From NCBI RefSeq assembly GCF_036669915.1, contig NC_089320.1:15979874-16043873 (forward strand): 64,000 nucleotides of DNA, given 5' to 3'. The number at the start of each line of letters is the position of its first letter. Position 1 is the stretch's first letter. The notes beneath the pieces are model-generated. The model had not been told where the DNA came from, made no database searches, and saw nothing but the letters and a program-made list of their open reading frames with translations. Positions 11,501-23,035 of this stretch are shown in pieces. Both the position numbers and the translations under genes were made by a program. This DNA is from Pocillopora verrucosa (Eukaryota).

Positions 11501-13440
11501 TGTAGTAGTAGCAATAGTGCAAATAAAATCTGTCAGTGTTGTAGTTGTAGCAATAGTGCAAATAAGAGTCGTTGAAAATCTGTCAGTGTGTTGTAGTTGT
11601 AGCAATAGTGCAAATAAGAGTCGTTCAAAATCTGTCAGTGTGTTGTAGTAGTAGCAATAGTGCAAATAAGAGTCGTTGAAAATCTGTCAGTGTGTTGTAG
11701 TAGTAGCAATAGTGCAAATAAGAGTCGTTGAAAATCTGTCAGTGTGTTGTAGTTGTAGCAGTAGTGCTAATAAGAGTCGTTCAAAATCTGTCAGTGTTGT
11801 TGTAGTAGTAGCAATAGTGCAAATAAAAGAGTCGTTGAAAATCTGTCAGTGTTGCAGTAGTTGTAGCAGCAATAGTGCAAATAAAAGAGTCGTTGAAAAT
11901 CTCTGAGTGTTGCAGTAGTAATAGTGCAAATAAGAGTCGTTGAAAATCTTAGAGTGTTGTAGTAGTAACAGAGCGAATAAAAGAGTCCTTGAAAATCTGT
12001 CAGATTGTAAGACTCTTTTATTTGCAATACTACTACCACACTCTGAAAAAAAGAGTGTGATAATGGTACTCCAAATAAAAGAGTCATTCAAAATCTGTCA
12101 GGGTGTTGTAGTAGTAGTGAAAATAAAAGAGTCGTTCCAAATCCGTCAGAGTGTAGTAGTGGAAGTGCAAATAAGAGAGTCGTTCAAAATCTGTCAGTGT
12201 GTAGTAGTAGTGCCAACAAAATAGTCGTTCGAAATCTGTCAGAGCGTAGATGTAGCAGTGCAATTGAAATGTCTTTCGAAGTCTAATAGTAGTAGTAGTG
12301 CAAGTAAAAAACTCGTTCTAAAAGTATGTCAAAGTTTCGCAGTAGTAATTTAGGTGAAAGTCATTAAAAATATTTGTCGACTGTAGAAGTAGTAGTGCAG
12401 TTGAATAGTCGGTTTAAAATTTTTCAAATTCTAGCGGTGGTAGTGCAAATTAAAGTCTTTGATAAAAATCTGTCAGTCTAGCAGTAGTAATGTAAATAAG
12501 AAAAAAGTCATTAAAAAAACCGTTAGACTAGTAGAAGAATTGCAAGTCAAAAGTCTGTCACACTGTAGAAGTAAAAAATGGAAGAGAAAAATTGTTATAT
12601 AATCTTTCAAAGGTAGAGTGTAGCTGCAGTGTTAGTAAGAGAAAGAAAAATAAACACCAAAAACGTCACAGTTTCGACTAAAGATTTATTCACATATTTT
12701 CATTTATATTTGTCAATGTCTTGAACTTCTTCCTTGTCAGAGTTCTAACCCTAAAGAGATCGAAAACAAATATTTTATTTTTGAAAGTTCACTACGATAA
12801 TTGCATGCAGAGTTTAAACCACAAATCTCACGTACGTAAAATAAATGTTTTATGTTAATTCTAGTTTCCACGCTTTTCTCGACCCTTGTGTAACCCTTTG
12901 CATTAAATTCGTAAGGAAATTGTTTAGTTTGAGTTTTGAGTGGCAGGAATTATTTTGGGCTGAAAAGTTTACCATAAAGTTAGAGAGCATTTATTTAGAG
13001 GAGAGTGGGTCGATCATAAAACGGTTGTTCAACATATGTTTTGTACATAGGTAAGGATGCAAACAGTGCATGTTTAACATTCCCAAGAGGGTGATACATG
13101 TACTGAGTGAACCTATTGTTTCTATCAACAATGGGAGCGAACCTACTTCTAGTGAAATTTTGCCATGTACTCTTACCAAAAGCCTCTGTGGTCTAGCGGT
13201 AGTGCACATTTAATAATTCAAATTAAACGGCGGCTGGATCCCCCCAGCCGTCGTTTAATTTAAGTTGTTAAAGCACCTCGGAGGGGCTCAGGCCCCATTG
13301 GTAAGTTTTCTTTTTCTTTTTAATCTTTAAAGAAGCAGAGTTGATTTTAAGATCTCAAAAGATATCTGCTGGAATCTTTTTTCTTGGAAAAAAAATTTCC
13401 AGACAAAAATTCTCGGAGATCTTAAAACTAAAAATATTCT
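8600..13440. mobile_element. Composite foldback-like element: ~350-bp inverted arms (8600-8935 and 13070-13440, about 90% identical as reverse complements) around a 3.6-kb minisatellite
   Basis: Direct comparison. The rc of 13120-13300 matches 8700-8935 (..accaa[c/t]ggggcc..gaggtgctttaacaacttaaattaaacgacggc..aatgtgcactaccgctagaccacagaggcttttggtaaga..ctcccattgtt..). Similarity decays outward toward 8600 and 13440. Confidence 0.85.
8990..12600. repeat. Minisatellite array. The 42-bp unit GTGTAGTAGTAGTAGTGCAAATAAGAGTCGTTCAAAATCT[A/G]TCAGT is homogenised over about 9790-10925 (~27 copies). A ~60-bp variant GTGTGTTGTAGTTGTAGCAATAGTGCAAATAAGAGTCGTTGAAAATCTGTCAGT runs over about 10925-11960. Degenerate units lie at 8990-9790 and 12000-12600.
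   Basis: Visible periodicity. All units share the same orientation. Confidence 0.95.
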
Positions 13441-15039
13441 GATTACGGAGTAAAAGGAAATTTACAATTTTAAATAAACAACTGAGGATAAAATGGCTGC
13501 CGTGTCGTGCGCTTTAAGTTTTGCACAAAACCACAAAAACACGGTGGAAACAGTTACTAAACATAAATGGGAAACCATTACAGTATCTGGAGAAGGAGAG
13601 GGGTCTTTGCATTATATTCGGTAAAATTGAACATAAAAATAAGTACTGGTTTAAACAAACTTGGGCAGGGTTTACTTTTTGAAGTATTGAGAAAAACTAA
13701 TGGCTCTGCAAAATGTGCATAAAAATAAAAATATTTCTGTAAACTTAAAGAACTTGAAATAAACCTGTAATCCAACGAAATTTTGGTACTTGGAAACTAA
13801 AAGGAAATTATTTTTCCCCCACTCCCCGCCCCCGTAAAAAAAAAAAAAGAAAAAAACGGAAATCCAATCATTTCTTCGCCTTACTAAATGCAGTCACAAC
13901 TTTTACCCCGTGGTTTTCTGTTTTTGTATTTTAGCAAAATACCATTTCAGTCAGAGTATGTTATTTTTTAATTCCTTTTTTACCGTGGGAAATATTTGCT
14001 TAACCTTAACCAAATTCTTGATTCTTTAGTTAATAGCTCCTACGTTAAAGATACAGAATTTTCAACTTCACCACGATCTTGAAATAGATTTAAAAAACGG
14101 TTTTTGAAACTTTGATCAAGTGGTCAGCTGTTTAGGTTCTTAACATACAACTTCATGAAAAACTAAGCAGTCCCCATCAGGCTAAAAAGCAATCACTCCA
14201 TAAGTAAAACTGGGAAGTCCAACTCGTAAATGCATTTACGCAGTAATCATTTTGTGGATTAAAAAATTACCATTACTAAAACTTTCTCGTCAAAACTTTT
14301 TTATGGACAGTCATAAAAAATAGTCCATTGGCTATTTTATGCAACATCTACCCCGTCAGAAATTTGAAATTGGTGAAAAACTTTTGGCATCCATTCTACG
14401 GACTAAAATTTTCCTAAGACAAACTGAATGACATTATGCTTCATGCTAATTTGTTGTAGCGTGCTTCCCTTGGTAATTGTGGCTGTCCTTGGTGAGTTCT
14501 AATAACAAAGTTGAGAAATCTCCTGCGTGAGACAAATGCCTGGGTTTTTTAAGCATGATTAAACACCCACCTTTCTTTGGAAAACATTTCTCTTATAAAA
14601 AAAAATCACTTCTTTTTCAAAACTATTCACCCGACAAGTTTAATTGCAAGACAAGATATCGTTCCTTTTGTTTTCACAAGTTGAAGCATAAGTCATCATC
14701 ATTTCCTGTTTTTTGTGAAATGTGCTTCCATGAGAATTTCAGGAAAAGGTTAAAAATTAATTCTAAGCGCACACGATATTTAAAGAAAAGAAATCGCTCT
14801 AATTGGTGAAATTTCACAGGATGGTTCACAACCTGGCTCGTCTATAGATGACCCTCCCAGCGTTCTGTTTTTTTTTTTTTTTTCTGCTTGTTTCTGTTTT
14901 CGTTCGTTTACCCTTCCTAAATGTTCCATGCTTGCTAAAGAAAATGTAGTTAATATTTTGGGCCTTTCTAGGAGGAAAATGGTTCCGAAAATTTTAGAGT
15001 AAAAAAAAGCAGATAAAATAGCAACCCTCGAGGCAAGCT

Positions 15040-15570
15040 CAAGAGAGAGATTTAGGGAACATACCTTTAACTGCCGCTTATAAGTTCGAGGCTGATACAA
15101 CTTTGTAAGGATCGAGTTTTTGGAGGGCGTATATCCGAGTAGGCTCATAACCGGACTAGAAAAAGCGCTTCGAAACGAGCTACATAAGTGCTGGTCAAAA
15201 TACATTTTTTCTTTACTTCTTTTAATTAACCTCAAAAACGTCAGTATAAATCGAATTCATTTCAATAGATTGGAACATAATTAAAGGTTTAGTAAGTACA
15301 AAAGGATTTGATAATTTAAATTTATTATTCTGCAAAAAATTTCAAATTTTCTGTTAAAATTACAGGTGTAGTACTGAGTTCCTGTCTCAAAACAAGAAAA
15401 GAAAAGCTAGAGGAAGGCTTACGGACGGATATGTTTTTTTTTGTTTTCGGGCTAATGGGCCGATATCCAGTAAGGGGGGGGTGGGATATAAGTGAGGGGA
15501 GGGGTGGGGTATAAGTGAGGGGAGGGCTTTTAACTGGCGGGAGGCTTATAAGCGGCAGTTTACGGTGTAT
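15040..15570. repeat. Inverted-repeat-bounded ~530-bp element (AACTGCCGCTTATAAG at 15067-15083 and its rc at 15548-15563) with an internal 23-bp tandem GGGTGGG(A/G)TATAAGTGAGGGGAG x2
   Basis: Direct observation. Possibly a MITE. Confidence 0.4.
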
Positions 15571-18299
15571 TTCTAACGAAAGTTTTTTTTGCTCCTCGCG
15601 AAAAGTAAACAAAAAAGGGAAATTCATTTTGTTCTCTACGAAATTCTGAAAACTCGTCAGCTATCCAACAAATTCCTTTTTCCTCACCAAAAGCATTCAC
15701 AGACAATACTCCGGGAGCTTTAAACTTTTACTTTTTTCTTTTTGCAATAAAGCCATCACTTGGAGAAAATAGATGCCACATAGTGAAACTGAAAATTTGA
15801 GAAATTGTCATTTTTCCAAATAATCTCCAAAAACTATTTCTGGTTCAACAGTAAATTATTTAGATTTTAGATATATGAAAATTCACATATTTGCACTGCG
15901 GTGGAAAGATGAAAAAAGGGACCTCGCAGCTAAGAACACTACTGGAACGAGTAGTTGTAAATAGGACCTGAAAAAAATTCAGGCCCGTACGGGGGCCTGA
16001 TACGATATCTTCTGATAAAAATATAACAAATGTTATGTATTCGTTTTCAGTTGAATTGTTTTTCTTTCACTCAGATACCTGCAGGGACGCTCAGTTCATT
16101 GCATGATCTCAAACAATATTCTTCAAGGTTTAGAAAGTATATAATTTGAATCATCGCGCAGAATGCTGCTGTCTTTCGTGACATGTACTTACAGTGCCCA
16201 GTTTATCAACGGGCGGAATATCAATTTGCTTGTCTAGAACTAGTCAGCTGTGATTGGTCAACAGTTCTTTCTACTGATCCTATGTCTTCAATGATTGATT
16301 AATTGAAAATACCCAAGAAATTTAACAATTTACCACGTGTATGAACTTACTTCAGATAAAAATTACGTTTACGCTTGGTTCTACCATATATTTTAGTCAC
16401 ATCTGCGCAATTTTAAGCAAAACCTTTCCGTTTTTAATGTAACTCGGTTGAGAAATATTCCTTTTGAACTCAAAGCCTGTTAATCTAGTTTTACGAAGTT
16501 TTAAGCGGTCATTTTCCGAAGCTTTTTTAATTCCTTCAGCTCTGAAGTTCATCTGTTTCAAAATTTTCTGCCGTAAGAAAATAGTTTTGATTTTTCAGTT
16601 TTAAAACTTTTGCAACTAACCGGAATGTTCCTGGAACTTAGCAACGAGAAGCAAAAAGGTAAACACAACGCCTTGAAAACGTCCCTATATCAACTTAATA
16701 CTTTGTCATTGTTAAAATTTTTGGCCACGTTCTCCAAGTTACATTGTAATGGATTGCCTTGGTTCGTCGATGAATTCAAAGCTTCAACATCCCCCCGGGC
16801 AACTCGTTGGGTATTTGAACTTTTGAATATTGGTTAGTTCAAATTGTCGTACTCGGGATTAAAATTATGTTCAATTGCCACACTTAAGGGCCGTATTTGA
16901 AGGTCAATATTTTCGTAAAAGGCAAAATTAGCGACCGTGACTTTCTTCTTATATACCAAGCTTGAAAACCTACAAGTTGTAGACCTTTTGTTCTGAGCCA
17001 TTTACTCGCGATAGTGAACTCTTTACTTTTAAAAACCTCCATATTAGGAGATAAAACTTGTGTATTTCACTGGAAATACTTGACACTTCCGCTTCAAATT
17101 CCCCAACCCAGCCAAGCAAGGTTCAAATTCTCCGCCCATCGGGCACAGACGGCCGTCAAGTGCCCGTGGCTTGCCCTGGGGGAGGGGATGTTCAAGCTTC
17201 AAATCAATCGGGGCATCATTACATTGTAGTTGACTGCCTTAATTTACCAGAAAAACAAAACAAAACAAAAAAAAAAATTGAACAACTCACGTTTAGCTGA
17301 GTTCTTTGCTTCACTTCGTTCGTTTCATATTCTCAGTTTCCAACCCTCTATTCCATAACAGTTTTCTTGTCTGTTTCCACCTCATTATTCTGCGAATCCA
17401 ATAAGTACGTTGATTACTGACATGATAAGCCAAATAAACCAACAAATAAGAATAGAAACAAAGAAAAAACACCGCCAAATGTTTGACTATTTAATTCTTT
17501 ATCCGTGAGCTAAGCTGTCTAGTACGTTGCAAACTTGTTCTACTAATCTTGTTAGGGTCTTAATAGTTGTACTTTTAGACGGCGTCGGCTGGAAAGATTA
17601 TTCTAGAAGTCATCTGTAGGAATAGATCTTTTTTTTTCTTACAGTGTCCTTAGTGGTCTCGTCAGAGATATTCAACAAAAGCAACGAGGCTAACAACAAC
17701 CGGAAGATAGTGGCTTCCTAATCAAAGCAGTTGAAGATCTTCGTTTAAGTTCTCCAAACGTCGGTAATTTTTATTGACGACAGTTCGAACATCAGTAAGT
17801 AAGAACATCACAGTAAGTAAGAACATAAGAACATCAACATCACGTCAAACAATAAATAGTTTTCGTCTAACATTATCAAATGTGTTTCTAAGACAATTAA
17901 ACAACACTGTGCTATTCTCGCTAGGGAGAACAAGGTTTAAATTTTGCAGCATTTGTTCATGTATGGTTTATTTTTATTCTTTGCAGACTGACTGGTGAAT
18001 GTCCTTGGTACTTCAAGCAAAAATCAAACAAGAAAGACTGATCCGAGTGAAATACATAATCTATTCTAAGGTACATAATAGATGTGGCGCATTTCTTTCA
18101 AGATTTTCGTCTCTGCTCACGTTGTAATAACGTCAGTTACGGCGCCTCGCATGTTTTCAAACCTTTGTTTGGTTCTTCTGTTGCTATTTTCAAGCTTGCC
18201 TGTTCGAAATTTCACTTTTAATTAATGAAAAAAAACTAGAGAGAAGTCGCGGAGAAGGTCGGACATAGTACAATTTTGCAGATGGCGTGACAACTTTAG

Positions 18300-18480
18300 C
18301 TCAGCTTTTTTCTATTTAACAAATAGATTCCAAGTTGCCGTGCGTCTGTTCAGTAATAGATCACAGAGGACGTCAAAATGTGGTAAGAACATCAGTGACA
18401 CACTCGGCTGCGCCTCGTGTGCCACTTTTTTGTTCTTACTACATTTTGAAAAATCAGGAAGGAATAAGAAATAACTGCAT
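18300..18480 (+). repeat. Repeat family X, 3' module, best-preserved copy: ..AATAGATCACAGAGGACGTCAAAATGTGGTAAGAACATCAGTGACACACTCGGCTGCGCCTCGTGTGCCACTTTTTTGTTCTTACTACATTTTG..
   Basis: The outer stem CAAAATGTgGTAAGAAC pairs with GTTCTTACtACATTTTG. The inner stem GTGACACAC pairs with GTGTGCCAC. Related copies lie at 38395-38620 and 40265-40470. Copy A shares ..ATCAATCACAGAGTAGG.. and copy C shares ..AGTGACACGAGTTTTTTT. Confidence 0.6.
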
Positions 18481-18724
18481 TAACTTAGTTCTTGCTTTCT
18501 TAAATTATGACTCAAATAATTCGCAAAGTCCTTATGAAAAAGAAATGCTGCTTTCTTGTTCAAATTTTCGACGAGAGAGCCAAAGAAGTAAATTTTCCAT
18601 AAATATTTGCGTTCGACGAAGGAAAACGCATACTAATCGTGTCGTTTTTACGGAAATCACTCTCGAGGGTTTTATAAATCAGTCCTGAGGGGATCGATCG
18701 TGGTACCATGCGATTTGAGGCATT

Positions 18725-18838
18725 GGGCGCCATTTTGGACCGGCGGACTGGCTGTGTGGCACAAATAGCCTCGATCTCATATGCAAATGTTCTCTTGGCC
18801 GCTTTGAGCTGAAGACACCGATTGCAAATATGGCGGCG
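18725..18838. promoter_or_regulatory. Inverted pair of ATGGCG-core motifs (GGGCGCCATTTTGG at 18725-18738; CAAATATGGCGGCG at 18825-18838). Candidate bidirectional promoter without an assignable gene.
   Basis: Motif architecture resembles the SRRM1/SURF6 pair. A similar pair lies at 19488-19496 and 19748-19761. Confidence 0.3.
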
Positions 18839-21800
18839 AAAATGCAAGTACTTAAAGTGAAGTGAGCATATTTTTGTTCGTTCGGTGATTTGAAAATCCT
18901 TCGAAACATCTCTCCGAATTTCGATAAGCCAGGTCTATAAACATAATGTATTGTATGTATTTAGATACAAACTGTATAAAATCAGAATTTCTTTACTAAA
19001 ACCACAATAGTTTTAGAAAGTAGCAAAAGTTAACTTCAGTTTTGATGGATCCTCTTTTGAAAGACATTAGTAAGTGACCTTTCTAACATCTGCATCTACA
19101 TAATATCCTGTCTTACAACACATCGGTACACATCAATTATCGGGCATACTTCACTGGGATTTCGACAAAAGAGAAATTGGTAAAGCGCTGCTCAATATAA
19201 AAACGCTAAAAGGAAAACAGCATAAGCCACAGTTTACTAGAAGTTTAAAGGTTTATAAGACAATGCGATATTCATTACAATTGACGCATTTCCTTTGCAT
19301 AGGCCTACACATGGGACAGGAAAGCTAACATTTATAACATAACTATGTCTTGAATCGTCGCTATACCCGTATTTCTTTTACGCTTAAGTATATTTACAAG
19401 CATATCCTTGGAAAATACAGAAAAAATAAAGATCCTGCTGGCGATTGTAAGCGATTCTTGTCTCGGAACTCCTAATATAAATTTCACGATGGCGCCCGTT
19501 TACGAACATTTGCATAACAAAAGGCTTCGCAAACAAAATGGGATGAGTCTACTGACCTTGAAATGCCTCCCAAGTATTTTAAAAAAGATTGATGAGCAAT
19601 TCTTTCCGTACCTGTATGTGTGCTGTGGGAATATCTTCGAAAAACACGCTTCAAAAAATTGTAAACAACTCGAACTCGCACAGAGAAACGATTAACAGCT
19701 TTTGCCTTAGCAACAGTTGCTACCGAAAACCTCGCTTTCGTGCACACGCCGCCATATTTGGAATCGGTGCTACACTTGTACGTGAAATTGCCGCTCGAGG
19801 TGTCGTTTGAGGTGGAAAGATTGCAGCCAGCTATTCCATATTTTCGTTTTTCGATTTGTTCAATTTTGTCCTACTAGTTGTTTTGGCCACTGCCATTGTA
19901 TCAAGTACATTACTAAGATGTTTAACTATTAAACCTTATTGTTGTTTTCAACTTTGCAACTGGTTTATGACACTGACCGAAAGCACCCTACAATCCACTT
20001 TCCTTGAATATTTCTGCGCAATTAGTACAATAGAAAAATTCTTTTACTAAAGATCGAACGCACTTTACAAATCTTTGATTATTGCTAGTTTCTCACGATA
20101 AAGTATCTTTAAGCCGGCCGACTGTACCAACATCTAACACTAAAATGAATTGAAAAGCACGAAACGAAGTTAACAAAAAATCAATTTTTGAGCATACTCT
20201 TTCAGTTAGTTTAAGCCTCAAGAGCTCAGAATTAAAAAAAATTGGTTCGGAGATTGAATCGCATCACAAAGACGCAGTTGATGTCAAACTCTATTAGCAA
20301 TTTGAGAGACAATGACCAACTTCTGAACATACTGTTCACTTTGGTTGAAACCTAGCTAAGACCTCAAGCATTTTTAATGATTAGGTTCGTATATTATGCA
20401 TCAGTTGATGATAAACCTTAGCAGCAATTTGAGAAACAAGCACTGGTAAACTCATGGAACATACTTTTCCAATTTGCTTTAAGTTCTGCGAGCTCAAACG
20501 TTTCAAATAATTAGTCGCTAAGAAATTTATTGAAATCGCTTCATGTGTCAGTTGATGTTAAATTTAACAAGCAATTTGCGACACAAAAATCAATTTGGAG
20601 AATACCACCACAAAATACCACCAGAAAGTGTTAGTACTCAGGCTCGAAGATTTTTATTAAATCATGTCAAAAAAAGACTCTGTATAATTGGACGGAAAAC
20701 GCAAGAATAACTTGTCAATAAAATCTACTTTTGGAGTATACACTTTTAGTTTGGTTTAAACTTAACTTCATAACACTTAGGCTCCAAGGGTTTTCCGTTT
20801 GAATTGAAAAAAGGTTAATTCTTGTAAGAAAATGTAAGACTATTAACCTTGTCAGAGATGTAAAAAAGAATTCAGGAAAAAAAGATAATTGTAAGAGCAT
20901 ATTGATATTTTTTTTCAGTAATTTTAAAGCTCCAAGAGCTATATTGAAGGAGGTAAAAGAGTGAGAACTTACCAGACTATAACCTATCGAAGATCTAAAA
21001 CAAAATTCTATAACTTAGTCGGAGAAAAACAAAATATGACATCGTGTTTTGCCTTAAGAGCCGAGACATTCAGGCTTTAGGTTGACCGAAATTTGTCATC
21101 AAATGAACGCCCTACTTAGCATTTTATGTTGAGATATTTCGTTGACAGTGGTGAGACAAATAAAAAGTATTCATGGTAGGTTAAAATCGTTAAACGCAGA
21201 CAAACAGGCCTAGATAAATTATATTTTGCAAAAAAAGGAAGTAATCTGACCTTGTTAGGAGTTGTCATGTATTTCCTTCCTTCCTTGAAGTTGTTGATTT
21301 CGTAGTGCTCTAATTTTCTTCTTGATAATGTCCAATGGAGAAAAAAAAAGAGACAAATATATTATGAAGACTTACGCACCTGAGTGCTATTCGTTCTAAA
21401 TGATAAATGTCAACGTCTGAATTAAAAAACTCATTTATAGCCACCAAATTTTTTTGTTGACAAATTTCATGTCCTTTACTCTTACTGAACAAAGGCATTA
21501 GGGAATTTACAGGTTTCCTGACAATGCAGATTAAGGTAAGGACTACCCTCCGCGGCCTCTGTATGAAAGATGGGAACCAATTCTCTGATAAACAGATACA
21601 GAGTCTATGTTATTAGGCTTTCTCGATTACCGTCTCTCTCTGTTGGAATTGAAGGTAAAGGAAAGAACAAGTGCGTTTGAAACGCATTTCAGGTCAAAAC
21701 GCTATAATCATAAAAGCTAGTTGAAAAAATATGCACAGAAATGAAAAGAGAAATGAATAAACAAGCGGTAAGTACACAAACAATATACAAGTAGTAACAA

Positions 21801-22804
21801 CTTCTTGCGTTGTCACTGAAGTCATGTTCAAGAAGAGCTGTCATGGCGGTTGCTAATTAGGATTTTTCCTGCACAATGCTATGTGCATTACGCTCTTCCT
21901 TGTCACATTTAACTCTATATATTTATTTTACAATGCCCACAACGAGAAAGACGAACACTGTCTTTCTATCCACACACATTTTTCCATTTACCTGAAGAAA
22001 CGACGCGACAAAGTGAAAAGCACAAATCCTCGACATGGTATCTAGACCACTTGATCCAGCATAAAGACACTGGCAGACCTGGACAGAACAGATAGTATCC
22101 AAGGTAATAGGGTCGAAATGACGTGTTTCTTGACTCCTTAGAAGCTGAAAAAGACGCTAAAAGTTGTCGTAGTTTGCAAGCTCTTTGCACGTGCAAGACT
22201 GAACTGACCGAGCGCGGTCGTGAATATCAATTTTGAAAGTTATTTGCAATTCAAATGAGTTTTACGACTTGAAAAGGTGAGTTCAAAATAATCGACACAG
22301 TTCTTCGGTCGTATAACGAAATAGGATTCCTTGCTTTCCACTGATATTCTACTTGAAAAAGTTGAATAGGGTTGTAGTCTCAAAAATATCTTCTAAACTA
22401 AACTAAAATGAGCTTAAACTTAAAATTTTGCTTGAACAGCATTTTTAAGTCATTACAGAAGCCTATAACTTGGGCTTGCCATGACTTCCTGGTACTTTTT
22501 TTGTGTTTCTTTTCCATGGACACTGATTTCGAGTTAAAATGGTGCTGCTATTTTCCAATCTGCATCAGTGTCGACGAAACATGTTACAGACGAAGGAACT
22601 GTTTTATTCGGCTATTCGAGGCACGTATATGATTTCAATAGCGGAGCTTAAATCGAGCGTCAAGTTCAAACGCCACGAGGCCCCATACTTGTAAAAAGTA
22701 CTAGTTACCCATCAAAATTTGGTAGAGTATGACTGTACGACCGTACGTACAACGAGCTACTTCTAGCATACGCGGCCAACAGCATTGCGGGAACGTCTAC
22801 ACCA

Positions 22805-23035
22805 AAGCAAAGCCACTAAGAACAACTTAATCACGTTTAATTGGTTGCTGTTTATATTAGAAGTTTACCAACATATCAAAAACTTACAGACCAACTAAAA
22901 CTTACAAAGCAACTAAGAAAATAAAGCAAAGCAACCAAGAACAACCTAATCACGTTTAATTAGTTGCTGTTTATATTAGAAGTTTACCAACATTTTAAAA
23001 ACTTACAGACAAACTAGTGATTTACAAATTTTTAT
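22805..23035. repeat. Tandem duplication, 2 x ~116 bp (..aagcaaagc[c/a]a[ct]aagaacaac[t/c]taatcacgtttaatt[g/a]gttgctgtttatattagaagtttaccaacat..)
   Basis: Direct observation. A separate ~130-bp x3 tandem lies at 20265-20600. Confidence 0.8.

Noticed and set aside
11676-12224. ORFs of 76-98 aa on both strands inside the minisatellite (VVVVAIVQI.., LLLQH..).
   Set aside because: They are translations of a periodic repeat. They are low-complexity and frame-independent, so not coding.
14780-15627. Minus-strand ORFs of 151 and 100 aa.
   Set aside because: They overlap an inverted-repeat element and a G-rich 23-bp tandem repeat. The composition is Pro/Ser-rich from repeat translation, so they are probably not genes.
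17080-17220. GGTTCAAATTCTCC B-box-like string suggesting a tRNA gene.
   Set aside because: No matching T-stem or acceptor stem can be drawn. At most it is a SINE or tRNA relic.
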